Assembly: GCA_052279835.1 (NCBI GenBank)
Contig: CP181291.1
Location: 4,128,001 to 4,192,000 of the forward strand
Direction: 5' to 3'
DNA from: Microcoleus sp.
GTDB taxonomy: Bacteria > Cyanobacteriota > Cyanobacteriia > Cyanobacteriales > Microcoleaceae
Length of the DNA stretch: 64,000 bases
Shown: positions 11,331 to 21,649 of the stretch, piece after piece
How the letters are laid out: the number at the start of each line of letters is the position of its first letter
How positions within the stretch are numbered: the first letter of the stretch is position 1
Program-made: the position numbers and the translations under genes
The notes under the pieces: generated by a model
Database searches by the model: none
The model's input: only the letters and a program-made list of their open reading frames with translations
Told to the model about the DNA's origin: nothing

Positions 11331-13854
11331 ATGGCTACTTCTTTGACTGGTACTTTGGGTCAAACCGATAATTACAGCAGTGTCAATGACCTAATCGCAA
11401 AATGGCCAACTATTGCCCGGAGTCTAGGCATCAAACTATCTGGGGTATCTTTTGATGGCGTGGAAACAGACTATCTAAATTCTACTCAAATCAGCAACCT
11501 CACTTTGGCAACTAATGAAAACCCTAAAAGCTGGTTAAGTTACGGCAATAGTGCTGGTATTGGTGTCGCATCTTCTTATAGTGGTTGGTTCACAGACCCC
11601 AATAAAATTCGGGCGGAGATCAACTATGACCCCAACACCAATCAATCTCAAGCCCTGAAGGTGAAATGGGCAGATAACCAAGATATCACTAGCGCTACGA
11701 TCGACCTGAGTGCATTGAGTCCCAAAACAAGTCCAGGATTAGGCGATCAAGGTAATGAAGTTGGTTTGCTGCAAATCTTCAATAATGGAGTTTTAGTACC
11801 GGCTACCAATTTTACTATTAGTCGCCTCAACGCTCCGACCACAGCATCAAAACCCCTCTCTGTGTCTTCAAATGGAGTAACTTTCACGGGCGATCGTACC
11901 GATGGCAGTTTCCAATTCAAGGTACAATCAAATTCCACTAGCGTCGCTTTTGACGAACTGCGGTTCTCCGCCAAAGCCTACGATAGCCCCACCTCAGCCT
12001 ACCTCGGCACCACCTTCAAAGAGGATAGTTCCGACTACCTAGTGCGGAGTATTCAATATCAAGGCCTTGATGTAACACCAACTCCAACTCCGACTCCAAC
12101 TCCAACTCCAACCCCTGCAAATATCTTCCAGTTTCAGCAATCAAGTTACACAGTGAATGAAGGCGGCGTAGCGACGATTAGCGTGACTCGCACAGGTGGT
12201 ACGGGGGCTGCATCGATTAACTACGCTACTGTTGACGGCTCGGCAAATGCTGGCGGGACAGCAGCCGATTACACTGCGGCCGCGGGGACGTTGAATTTTG
12301 CTGCGGGGCAAAATATTGCTAATTTCACGGTGAGTGCTCTGAGCGATTTGAATTTGGAAGGGCCCGAAACAGTGAATTTGGTGCTCAGCGGTGGCAATGT
12401 GGGCAGTAATCCGTCAATTTTGACGATTAATGATGTGCCGCCGGCGCCGACTCCAACGCCTGCAAATATCTTCCAGTTTCAGCAATCAAGTTACACAGTG
12501 AATGAAGGCGGCGTAGCGACGATTAGCGTGACTCGCACAGGTGGTACGGGGGCTGCATCGATTAACTACGCTACTGTTGACGGCTCGGCAAATGCTGGCG
12601 GGACAGCAGCCGATTACACTGCGGCCGCGGGGACTTTGAATTTTGCTGCGGGGCAAAATATCGCTAATTTCACGGTGGCTGCTCTGAGCGATTTGAATTT
12701 GGAACCGCTAGAAACAGTGAATTTGGTGCTCAGCGGTGGCAATGTGGGCAGCAATCCGTCAATTTTGACGATTAATGATGTGCCGCCAATTCCGACTCCA
12801 ACGCCTCCAAGTATCTTCCAGTTCCAGCAATCAAGTTACACGGTGAATGAAGGCGGTGTGGCGACGATTAATGTGACTCGCACAGGTTACGGGGGCTGCA
12901 TCGATTAACTACGCTACTGTTGACGGTTCGGCAAGTGGTGTCGGGACTGCACCCGATTACACTGTAGCGGCGGGGGCGTTGAATTTTGCTCCAGGGCAAA
13001 ATATCGCTAGTTTTACGGTTACTGCTCTGAGCGACATGATGTTTGAAGGGCCGGAAACAGTGAATTTGGTGCTTAGCGGTGGGAATGTCGGCAGTAATCC
13101 GTCGATTTTGACGATTAATAATGTGGTGCCAACTCCCACACCGACGCCGACACCGACACCGACTCCGACGCCCGGTCAAAGCACGTTTTTCTTCAGTGCG
13201 GCTACTTACAGCGTCAACGAGGGCAACACTGCGCCCATTACAATTAATCGCAGTGGCGACCTTTCAGCACCAGCGACGATCGTGTTCCGTACAGGTGACG
13301 GTACTGCTCTAGCTACGGGTTCTATTCCTGATTACAATAGTGTGGCTCAAGCGGTCAATTTTGCGCCCGGACAAGCTAGCGCCCAAGTTCCGGTTCAAAC
13401 TTTATTTGACAGTCTCACAGAGCCCAATGAGACAGTGAATTTGTTCTTGAGCGGCGGCAGTTTGGCAAGTCCGTCAGCAGCGGTTTTGAGTATTATTGAT
13501 ACTACTGCTGTGCCTCCGACTTTCTTCTCCTACGGTTCGTCTTCTGGTCCTATTGCTGATAGTAGTTTTGGAAGTTTTACGATTAACCGGAGTGGCAATA
13601 CTGCGGTTTCGGCTGCGATCGACTTTTTGATTGCTGCCCCTGGTGGCGCTCAACCTGTCAACAACGCAGACTTCAATATTTTCGGTCAATATATTCCGAC
13701 TGCTTCTGGAGGCACGGTGAACTTTAATCCCGGTCAAACTAGCGTTAGTCTGACGATTACCAATAATCCTGGTTTGACTGCTGGGGTGGTGAATTTAGGC
13801 TTTGGCGCAGGTCCGATCGGCGCTCCGGCATCGACTGCAATTACTCTGCTTTAA
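11331..13854 (+). pseudogene. Calx-beta repeat surface protein with Pro-Thr linkers, frameshifted near 12888 (pseudogene or assembly error)
   Basis: Repeated FQFQQSSYTVNEG...EGPETVNLVLS domains; third repeat reads CACAGGTTACGG versus CACAGGTGGTACGG in repeats 1-2 (2-nt loss); ORF 12979-13854 continues the repeat. Confidence 0.85.
12117..13125 (+). repeat. Three near-identical 345-bp (115-aa) intragenic tandem repeats
   Basis: RTATCTTCCAGTT recurs at 12121, 12466 and 12811. Confidence 0.92.
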
Positions 13855-13861
13855 CGCTGTT

Positions 13862-13887
13862 AGGAGGGCAAGTATTCCTTGCCCTAC
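13862..13887 (+). terminator. Hairpin after the Calx-beta gene
   Basis: AGGGCAAG-tattc-CTTGCCCT just after the stop; no strong U tract. Confidence 0.45.
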
Positions 13888-14002
13888 TCAGGGGAGTGTC
13901 AGACCTGATTAGAGTCTGTTCCCCTGGAGCCGTCAACCCAAGTAGAAGTAATACACTTAATTGCCAGGAATCACCCTGGCTTTAGCCCGGTGAGGATATC
14001 AA
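13888..14002 (+). mobile_element. IS200/IS605 right-end remnant
   Basis: Ends GAATCACCCTGGCTTTAGCCCGGTGAGGATATCAA, same hairpin + TCAA layout as the tnpB element ends. Confidence 0.65.
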
Positions 14003-14122
14003 AAAATCTCCTATCTCTTTTAAAATGCTTAACTGATAGATAGGAAATTTGATAAAATTTTACAAAAAAAACGTGCAAGAATGTAAGTAATAAGGTAAGA
14101 ATCACTGACAAGGAGGCACGCT

Positions 14123-15850
14123 ATGGTAGCGCTGACTGAACGAGTCCAACGCAGATTGACGGTGGAAAAAGTCGAAATTGCCCCTGACACAACGGCAATT
14201 CGATGCTTGGACTGGGATAGAGACCGCTTTGATATTGAATTCGGACTCAAAAACGGTACAACTTACAACTCATTCATCATTCGCGGCGAAAAGACAGCCC
14301 TCGTCGATACCTCTCACGAGAAATTTCGCCAACAATATTTAGACACTCTCACGGGCGAAATCGACCCGAAACAGATTGACTATATAATTATCAGCCATAC
14401 CGAACCAGACCATAGCGGCTTGGTTAAAGACGTGCTAGCTTTAGCACCCCAAGCAACTGTCGTCGGTGCAAAAGTAGCAATTCAATTTTTAGAAAACCTG
14501 ATACACCAGCCCTTTGAGCGACTGATAGTCAAAAATGGTGAGAAACTAGATTTAGGAAACGGCCACATTATCGAATTCGTATCGGCACCGAACTTGCACT
14601 GGCCCGATACTATTTTCAGCTACGACGCTAAAACTCAAGTGCTGTTCACCTGCGACGCTTTCGGGATGCACTACTGTTCCGACAGCACCTACGATGACGA
14701 TTTAGCAGCAGTAGAAGAAGATTACCACTTTTATTATGAGTGCTTGATGGCTCCCAATGCTCGGTCGGTCTTGAGTGCTATGAAGCGGATGGCAGAATTG
14801 GGAGAAATTGGTACTGTTGCAACCGGTCACGGTCCCCTACTGCGTTACAACGTAGTGGAACTAACCGGGCGCTACAAAAAGTGGAGTCAAGAACAGACCA
14901 AGACAGAAACAACAGTAGCAGTATTTTACACATCCGACTACGGATTTAGCGATCGCCTCAGCCAAGCCATCGCCCACGGAATCACCAAAACAGGTGTAGC
15001 CGTAGAAATGATGGATTTAAAAATCGCCGACTTACAAGAAGTCCGCGAACTCGTAGGTACAGCCGCCGGGATTGTAATTTGTTCCCCACCAAGTACCGGC
15101 CCTGCTGGGGCGAATGCTGAAGCCGCCATCAACACAATTTTAGTAGCAGCCAACAACAAACAATCCTTCGGTTTGTGCGAATCCGGTGGCGGGGATGACT
15201 CATCGATTTATCCGCTGCGAAACAAATTCAAAGAGTTGGGTTTAAAAGAGATATTTCCAAATATTTTGATTAAAGAAACCCCCACCGAAGCAATTTATCA
15301 ACTGTGCGACGAAGCAGGCACCGACTTGGGACAGTGGCTGACGCGGGACAAAGCCGTCAAACAGATGAAATCTCTTGACAGCGACCTCGATAAAGCCTTG
15401 GGAAAAATCAGTGGCGGACTGTATATCATCACCACTCAAAAAGGCGATATTAGCGGGGCGATGCTAGCTTCTTGGGTAACACAAGCCAGCTTTAAACCCC
15501 TAGGTTTAACCATAGCAGTTGCCAAAGATCGGGCGATCGAATCAATGATGCACGCCGGAGACAAATTCGTGCTAAACGTGCTAGAAGAAGGCAAGTATCA
15601 AACCTTAATGAAGCACTTCTTAAAACGTTTTCCACCAGGTGCCGATCGATTTGGCGGAGTAAAAACCCAAGCAGCAAACAACGGTTCTCCCATTCTGACA
15701 GAAGCCTTAGCCTACATGGAATGCCAAGTAGTCAGCCGGATGGAACTTTCCGACCATCACATAGTATATGCGACGGTAGATAGCGGCCGCGTATCCAATC
15801 CGGACGCACTCCCAGCAGTACACCACCGCAAAGTAGGAAATCACTACTAG
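14123..15850 (+). CDS. flv3: Flavodiiron protein, Flv3-type
   Basis: Canonical HTEPDH, LHWPD, TGHGP ligands; flavodoxin and flavin reductase domains; HHRKVGNHY C-terminus. Confidence 0.88.
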   Translation: MVALTERVQRRLTVEKVEIAPDTTAIRCLDWDRDRFDIEFGLKNGTTYNSFIIRGEKTALVDTSHEKFRQQYLDTLTGEIDPKQIDYIIISHTEPDHSGLVKDVLALAPQATVVGAKVAIQFLENLIHQPFERLIVKNGEKLDLGNGHIIEFVSAPNLHWPDTIFSYDAKTQVLFTCDAFGMHYCSDSTYDDDLAAVEEDYHFYYECLMAPNARSVLSAMKRMAELGEIGTVATGHGPLLRYNVVELTGRYKKWSQEQTKTETTVAVFYTSDYGFSDRLSQAIAHGITKTGVAVEMMDLKIADLQEVRELVGTAAGIVICSPPSTGPAGANAEAAINTILVAANNKQSFGLCESGGGDDSSIYPLRNKFKELGLKEIFPNILIKETPTEAIYQLCDEAGTDLGQWLTRDKAVKQMKSLDSDLDKALGKISGGLYIITTQKGDISGAMLASWVTQASFKPLGLTIAVAKDRAIESMMHAGDKFVLNVLEEGKYQTLMKHFLKRFPPGADRFGGVKTQAANNGSPILTEALAYMECQVVSRMELSDHHIVYATVDSGRVSNPDALPAVHHRKVGNHY

Positions 15851-16112
15851 GAAGGAAGAAGTCACCCCCCCCTGCCCCCCCCAAGGGGGGAAGGAAGAAG
15901 GAAGAAGTCACCCCCCCCTGCCCCCCCCAAGGGGGGAAATTCAGGAAGAAGGAAGAAGGAAGAAGAAATTAGCTGGCTAAACATCTTTTGTTTTTTTCCT
16001 CTCTTCTTTCTTTGTCTGTGTTCTCTGCGCCCTCTGCGGTTAAATAAAAAAAATCTAATTCACAAAATCAATAGCATTGCTGTAGCAAAATTAATAGTAA
16101 TAGGTGCAATAG

Positions 16113-17858
16113 ATGACTAACAGCCTTATTTCCAAGTTCACATCCAATATTAAACCGCGCGATGTGCAGTTTTTTCAGATTGCAGCAGATACAGCAGCAG
16201 TACGATCGCGAACTTGGGACAGACTAAAATTTGAAGTAGAATATTCCCTGCAAAGGGGAACAACAGCAAATAGCTACATCATTCAATCCGAAAAAACAGC
16301 CTTATTAGACCCACCAGGAGAATCTTTCACTCAAAACTATATAGATTGCTTGCAACAAAGGCTAGACCTAAAAAAAGTAGATTACGTAATTTTAGGACAT
16401 TTTAATGCTAACAGAGCAGTAACAATTAAAGCTCTGTTAGAATTATCACCTCAAATAGCCTTTGTTTGTACAAATCCAGCCGCCATCGCTTTGCGAGCAT
16501 CCTTTCCCGAACAAGAATTAAACATTTTAGTAGTCCGAGGGGAAGAAAGACTAAACTTAGGAAAAGGTCACGAATTAAGATTTATTGCCACTCCTACTCC
16601 CCGCTGGCCAGACGAACTTTGCACTTACGATCCGCAGACTAGAGTCGTGTTTACTGACAAATTCTTTGGAGCTCATGTTTGTGGCGATCAAGTATTCGAT
16701 GAAGGGTGGAGTGTTTACAGCGAAGACAGACGCTATTATTATGATTCCCTCCACGCATCCCAGGCGAAACAAGTGCTGGCGGCAATGGATAAGTTGGCGG
16801 ATTTCTCCACAGCATTTTATGCTCCCGGTCACGGCCCGCTAGTGCGTTATGGCCTCCACGAACTCACCAATTTGTATCGGGAATGGAGCCAACAACAAAA
16901 CTCGAAAGACTTGACAGTTGCGTTAATTTATGCTTCTGCTTATGGCAATACGGCAACTTTAGCCCAGGCGATCGCCAAAGGAATTACGAAAGCCGGCGTG
17001 GCGGTGGAAACCATCAACTGTGAATTTTCCGAACCGGGAGAAATTCAACAGGCGATCGAAAAATGCGCGGGATTTATCATCGGAACTCCCACCCTAGCCG
17101 GACACGCACCGACGCAAATTCAAACGGCTTTGGGAATTGTTTTGTCTACAGCAACCAAGAGTAAGCTGGCTGGTGTTTTCGGTTCCTTTGGCTGGAGTGG
17201 AGAGGCGATCGACTTAGTAGAAAGCAAGTTGAAAGATGCCGGATATCGCATCGGATTTGAACCGATTCGAGCCAAATTTAAGCCGACGGCGGCGACGATT
17301 CACGAGTGCAAAGAAGCGGGAACAGATTTTGCTCAAGCTTTGATTAAATCGCAAAAATTGCGGGCGCCAAAATCACAATTGACGGGGGGTAGCGATCGCA
17401 CGGAACAAGCAGTGGGAAGACTGGTTGGTTCCCTGTGCGTACTCTCGGCAAAGCGTGGGGAGGTCAGCAGCGCCATGCTTGCATCGTGGGTATCACAAGC
17501 AACCTTTAGTCCTCCGGGGTTGACTATTGCGGTGGCGAAGGATCGGGCGATCGAAGCTTTGATGTATGCCGGCGATAAATTTGTGCTAAATATCTTAGCC
17601 GAAGGGCGACAGTTGCGGAGGCATTTCATGAAAAACTTTGCTCCTGGAGAAGACAGATTTGCCGGAGTCGAAACAATTGAAGCTAGCAATGATTGTCCAG
17701 TATTAACGGATGCTCTGGCTTATCTAGAATGTGAGGTGGTGAGTCGGATGGAATGTGGCGATCATTGGGTAGTTTATGCAAAAGTCGAAAACGGTCATTT
17801 GTTAAATAATGACGGGGTGACAGCAGTCCATTACCGCAAATCTGGTAGTCATTATTAA
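16113..17858 (+). CDS. flv1: Flavodiiron protein, Flv1-type
   Basis: Non-canonical ligands (HFNANR, PRWPD, TDKFFG); SAYGNT flavodoxin loop; paired with flv3. Confidence 0.88.
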   Translation: MTNSLISKFTSNIKPRDVQFFQIAADTAAVRSRTWDRLKFEVEYSLQRGTTANSYIIQSEKTALLDPPGESFTQNYIDCLQQRLDLKKVDYVILGHFNANRAVTIKALLELSPQIAFVCTNPAAIALRASFPEQELNILVVRGEERLNLGKGHELRFIATPTPRWPDELCTYDPQTRVVFTDKFFGAHVCGDQVFDEGWSVYSEDRRYYYDSLHASQAKQVLAAMDKLADFSTAFYAPGHGPLVRYGLHELTNLYREWSQQQNSKDLTVALIYASAYGNTATLAQAIAKGITKAGVAVETINCEFSEPGEIQQAIEKCAGFIIGTPTLAGHAPTQIQTALGIVLSTATKSKLAGVFGSFGWSGEAIDLVESKLKDAGYRIGFEPIRAKFKPTAATIHECKEAGTDFAQALIKSQKLRAPKSQLTGGSDRTEQAVGRLVGSLCVLSAKRGEVSSAMLASWVSQATFSPPGLTIAVAKDRAIEALMYAGDKFVLNILAEGRQLRRHFMKNFAPGEDRFAGVETIEASNDCPVLTDALAYLECEVVSRMECGDHWVVYAKVENGHLLNNDGVTAVHYRKSGSHY

Positions 17859-18143
17859 CTGATTCGGTAATTTATTTTAGGTAGGCATCCTTGCCTGCCT
17901 TTGAGAGGCTGTTAAATGCTCCTAGTCATTATGATTTAACCGCGAAGGCGCGTAGGACGCGAAGGGAGAGAAGAGAGAGTTTAATTCAGGACGATGAAGA
18001 GAGGATTTTATATCATTCCCCCCAGCAGAAGTTCTGATTCATTCCCTCCTTAAAAAGTTCTGATTCATTCCCTCCAGCAGAAGTTCTGATTCATTCCCCC
18101 CTTGGGGGGGGTAGGGGGGGGTTCTTCTTCCTTCTGCCATAAC

Positions 18144-18425
18144 TTATTTCAAAGGATGGTGATCCGCAAGAATTTTTTCAACTCTAGCCTCATCAATTCT
18201 CGCAGTCAATCTAGTAGCCTCATTGTTATCCCGAATCGTTTTTGCTAAAGTAAAAGAAGAACCAACCGAGAAAGTCAAACCCATACCCACAAAACTTTTT
18301 ACCCACACATCAACTGGCAAGTAAATGATACCGATCGCCGTGGTAGAAGTAGCGAGAATAAAGGAAATCCAACACTGTAAAATCCAAGCATTAGTATCTT
18401 TTTGACGTAAAATTTGTTGTGCCAT
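18144..18425 (-). CDS. YiaA/YiaB-family small inner membrane protein
   Basis: Two hydrophobic helices, then TLAKTIRD...RIDEARVEK. Confidence 0.8.
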   Translation of the reverse strand: MAQQILRQKDTNAWILQCWISFILATSTTAIGIIYLPVDVWVKSFVGMGLTFSVGSSFTLAKTIRDNNEATRLTARIDEARVEKILADHHPLK

Positions 18426-18652
18426 AATCTCTCCGGTTTAAATATATCTTTCGGTGGATTAACTTCAAGAATAGAGAGTATAGAAGAAGCGATCGGGAGA
18501 GATAGGGACAGTTTGAATAAGTGCACAGGGCGATCGGGGTTTTAACTAAAAAGGCGATCCACACAAATAGGGTTTCAGCCTCAAGTAGTCAGGATGGGAG
18601 TAGACAGTTGGTAAACTGGACTAAAGAGATGGATGGAGTTAGATTAATTGTG

Positions 18653-19393
18653 TTAATTACTAGCGTCCGAGTCTATGCTTTGCTGCTGTATTTGTTGTAG
18701 CAAAGCTTGATAACGTTGTCGCTCTTGTTCCAGTTGTGCGATCGCTTCATCCGCACGTTGCCGTTCCTGTTGGGCAAGAGATTGAGCAAGTTCTTTCTCC
18801 TGCCGTTCCTGTTCCCTGACTCGATCCATTTCCACAGGAGTGAGAAACTTCCGGTTATCTGGACGATAAATTTCCAGAGTATCCTCTGTCAATTCAAAGC
18901 GAATTTGCAACAGGGGACTAACCCAGCCTTTCATTTGTGCGATCGATTCCAACCAATCTTCATGGCGAACAAAGCCACTCAATTCGATATTGTCAGGGTC
19001 ATAAATATAATATTCTTGAACCCCATAGCGTTGATAAAACAGGAGTTTTTCTCCCATCTTTCCAGCCCGATTTCCAGGGGATAAGATTTCAAAAGCGACT
19101 TGAGGAGGGATATTATCTTCTTTCCACTGCTGGTAAGAACCTCTGTCACCTTTTGGCCTACCAAAGACAACCATTGCATCCGGTGCTTGGCGAATTTTGT
19201 TATTTCCTTGAACGGGATACCAAAGCAAATCTCCGGCGACGAAGACATCTAGGCTATTAGCAAACAAGATTTCCAGATTTTCTTTAATAGTGACAATCCA
19301 TCGGAATTGTTTGGTATTGTCAGCCATTGGTTCTCCGTCACTGTCTGGGTAGATGATTTCTGGTTTGGTTTCAGGGGTGAGTTGTTGTACCAT
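18653..19393 (-). CDS. Uma2-family (PD-(D/E)xK) endonuclease-like protein with coiled-coil tail
   Basis: YPDSDGEPMADNT, APDAMV, FEILSPGN, YGVQEYYIYDP; ERQ-rich tail. Confidence 0.92.
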   Translation of the reverse strand: MVQQLTPETKPEIIYPDSDGEPMADNTKQFRWIVTIKENLEILFANSLDVFVAGDLLWYPVQGNNKIRQAPDAMVVFGRPKGDRGSYQQWKEDNIPPQVAFEILSPGNRAGKMGEKLLFYQRYGVQEYYIYDPDNIELSGFVRHEDWLESIAQMKGWVSPLLQIRFELTEDTLEIYRPDNRKFLTPVEMDRVREQERQEKELAQSLAQQERQRADEAIAQLEQERQRYQALLQQIQQQSIDSDASN

Positions 19394-19498
19394 GCTGTTT
19401 GATGGTTGTGGTGCTGGTTTTAGTATAGCTTTTGATGGTGGGAGGGGTTAGAGGGGGCGATCGCTTTTTGACCACTTAACGCTTTTATTTTGCATTTT

Positions 19499-21649
19499 CT
19501 AGCAGTTTTCGCCTCGCTCGCACTCCTCCCCTGGAGCATGGGCTCCTAACCCAAAATCTCCTGCCTCAAACCACTGTGCTTTAATTAACGACCACCAATC
19601 AGCAGTTAGCCCTTTTAAAATATATTCATAAGGAAGCCAACCATAACCTTTCTGACCCCATCCTGTTCCCCAAGAGTTTCTGATTAGGAAGGCTCCCCTT
19701 GACTTTTCTTTACCATCAGAATGCTTAATTTCTTTGTAGTTATTGTAGCCAACTGCCAAAACCGTATGCCCTCCTATGACTTGATCTTTTTTACTGGGGT
19801 AGGGAATACAGCCACTACTGATGTTCTCTTTATTGTAAATGGAACTGTAGACCGTAAATCCGAATATACAGGGAAAATCCGCTGCTAAAACTGCTTGAAT
19901 TTGAAAGAGCAGAATTTCTTTGGTAAGATCGGGGCGATCGAGGCGGAAATATTTAAGTGTTTTATAGTTTTGGGCATAGGAATAGCAGAATGCTGGCGGA
20001 TCTTCATCAAACTTATCCGCCTCATAAGACCAGTATTTTTCTGGGGGAACTCCGAATGCTACCATTGTTTTCATAGTTTCCCGCACAGATGCTCCCACAT
20101 CCCCCGTAGAGTTCATTAAATTTCGCGCTACTTTATAGAGAAATAGTGGAGAAATAGAGGTATACTCGTCTTTAGCTTTTCTGGCAAAGTATTCTAATAG
20201 TGCCGCCGCTGCAAAAGCTGTACATGAGTTAAGAGAACCTTGGTTTCTAATTGGAGAACACCAGGAAGATAAGTCCATGACGCTAGGTAGAATAGCGTAG
20301 GGTTTAAGATATTCTTCTGGTAACTTTTTCCTATATTTTTCATACCATTTTCTGTTAACTAAAAGTTCTACCTTTGTGAGGGGAATGATGTTTTCAATAT
20401 CTGTTGAAGCCAATTGCCTTTTTGTATCTTTCTTTTGTTTCTTGCAATCTTCATTATCTTCCTGATCTTTTTCAATTTCAAACAAGTATAGTGACGAAAA
20501 TGAGTTTAAAAGTTCTTGGTTTGCGGTGAGGTTATATTTGTCTATATATCCTTGAACAATTACTTGAATCACTTTATAAAAAGTTATTATTTTTAATTTT
20601 TCTTGGTCGGTCTGATCTGACTTTTCTAGATCTTCTAGTTCTATCTTTAGGCGTTCTGCTACTTTTAAAATAGCTCCTTTAACAGAGGAGTTTTTTAGCT
20701 CTTGAGCAAAGTTTTTAAATTTGAATTTGTTTAATTCTGTTTGTAAAGCAGATTCTATGTCTTCGTGAGTAGCAAAAGGCGAGAGCAGTTCAGTTATTGC
20801 AGATACGAGTGGCTCAACTACATAAAACTCTTGTTTGAACATTTCAAAAAACTTAGACTGACTTGAATCTTTTTGATTTGCTGGTTCTGTTTCTTTAAAT
20901 TCTAACATTTCTGGAAAGAACAAAGCTATTTCCTTATGGTCTTTGGGAACCGTATTAAAAGATATCCACCAGGATTTAAGAGTATCAAAAATAATCTTAA
21001 ATGTACTATTTTTTATCCAAATAGGAATAGGTAGCAAGTCAGCTAAAGGAGTATTTTTATCTGGCTGTGAATAGTTGATATCGCCAAGAAAATTACCGAT
21101 CGCAGTATAAGTTTCTACTCCGACTACACCATCTAGTCTAATATTAACTTGTTTTTGGAATGCCTCAACAATTTTTTGCGTATTCTTATCAAACTCTTCA
21201 CTATGTAGCCATTTCCAATATTCTGACTGATTTTTAAAGAAGTCCATCGGCTTAAAATCAGAAAGCCTGGGATGAGAACTCAGCAAATGAAAGTAATACT
21301 TTAACTGTCTAATTTGGGCGCTTGGGTCAATACCTAACTTCAAACTTTTGCTATAAACTTTGACTTTGACAAATTTAACTTCCCCAAATACTTGATTCTC
21401 TAGAGCTGTTTTTAAATTTTCGAGAGGTAATTGCCCCGATAATTGTTGCAGAGTTTCAATTAATTCAATCAAGTTTTCTGCAATATCTTCAATCGATTTA
21501 GTAACTTCGTTTCTTCTGAGATTACCACTTTTTTTAACTTCCTCACTATCTAAGAGATAATCTCTCTCATCTGGATAGTCTGGCACCCATCCCAATCCTT
21601 GCTTTCTCCAGTCTTTCGCTTGGTTGTTTGCTGTTCCTTGAGTTTCCAT
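19499..21649 (-). CDS. C1A papain-like cysteine peptidase with a large insertion containing a peptidoglycan-binding-like motif
   Basis: GLGWVPDYPDERDY at N-terminus; QGSLNSC, GGHTVLAVGY, IRNSWG catalytic motifs; VEAFQK..IRLDGVVG.ET. Confidence 0.88.
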   Translation of the reverse strand: METQGTANNQAKDWRKQGLGWVPDYPDERDYLLDSEEVKKSGNLRRNEVTKSIEDIAENLIELIETLQQLSGQLPLENLKTALENQVFGEVKFVKVKVYSKSLKLGIDPSAQIRQLKYYFHLLSSHPRLSDFKPMDFFKNQSEYWKWLHSEEFDKNTQKIVEAFQKQVNIRLDGVVGVETYTAIGNFLGDINYSQPDKNTPLADLLPIPIWIKNSTFKIIFDTLKSWWISFNTVPKDHKEIALFFPEMLEFKETEPANQKDSSQSKFFEMFKQEFYVVEPLVSAITELLSPFATHEDIESALQTELNKFKFKNFAQELKNSSVKGAILKVAERLKIELEDLEKSDQTDQEKLKIITFYKVIQVIVQGYIDKYNLTANQELLNSFSSLYLFEIEKDQEDNEDCKKQKKDTKRQLASTDIENIIPLTKVELLVNRKWYEKYRKKLPEEYLKPYAILPSVMDLSSWCSPIRNQGSLNSCTAFAAAALLEYFARKAKDEYTSISPLFLYKVARNLMNSTGDVGASVRETMKTMVAFGVPPEKYWSYEADKFDEDPPAFCYSYAQNYKTLKYFRLDRPDLTKEILLFQIQAVLAADFPCIFGFTVYSSIYNKENISSGCIPYPSKKDQVIGGHTVLAVGYNNYKEIKHSDGKEKSRGAFLIRNSWGTGWGQKGYGWLPYEYILKGLTADWWSLIKAQWFEAGDFGLGAHAPGEECERGENC

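Noticed and set aside
18010..18105. Repeats of AAGTTCTGATTCATTCCC as a mini CRISPR array
   Set aside because: Intervening sequence is only a few bases, there are no unique spacers and no cas genes
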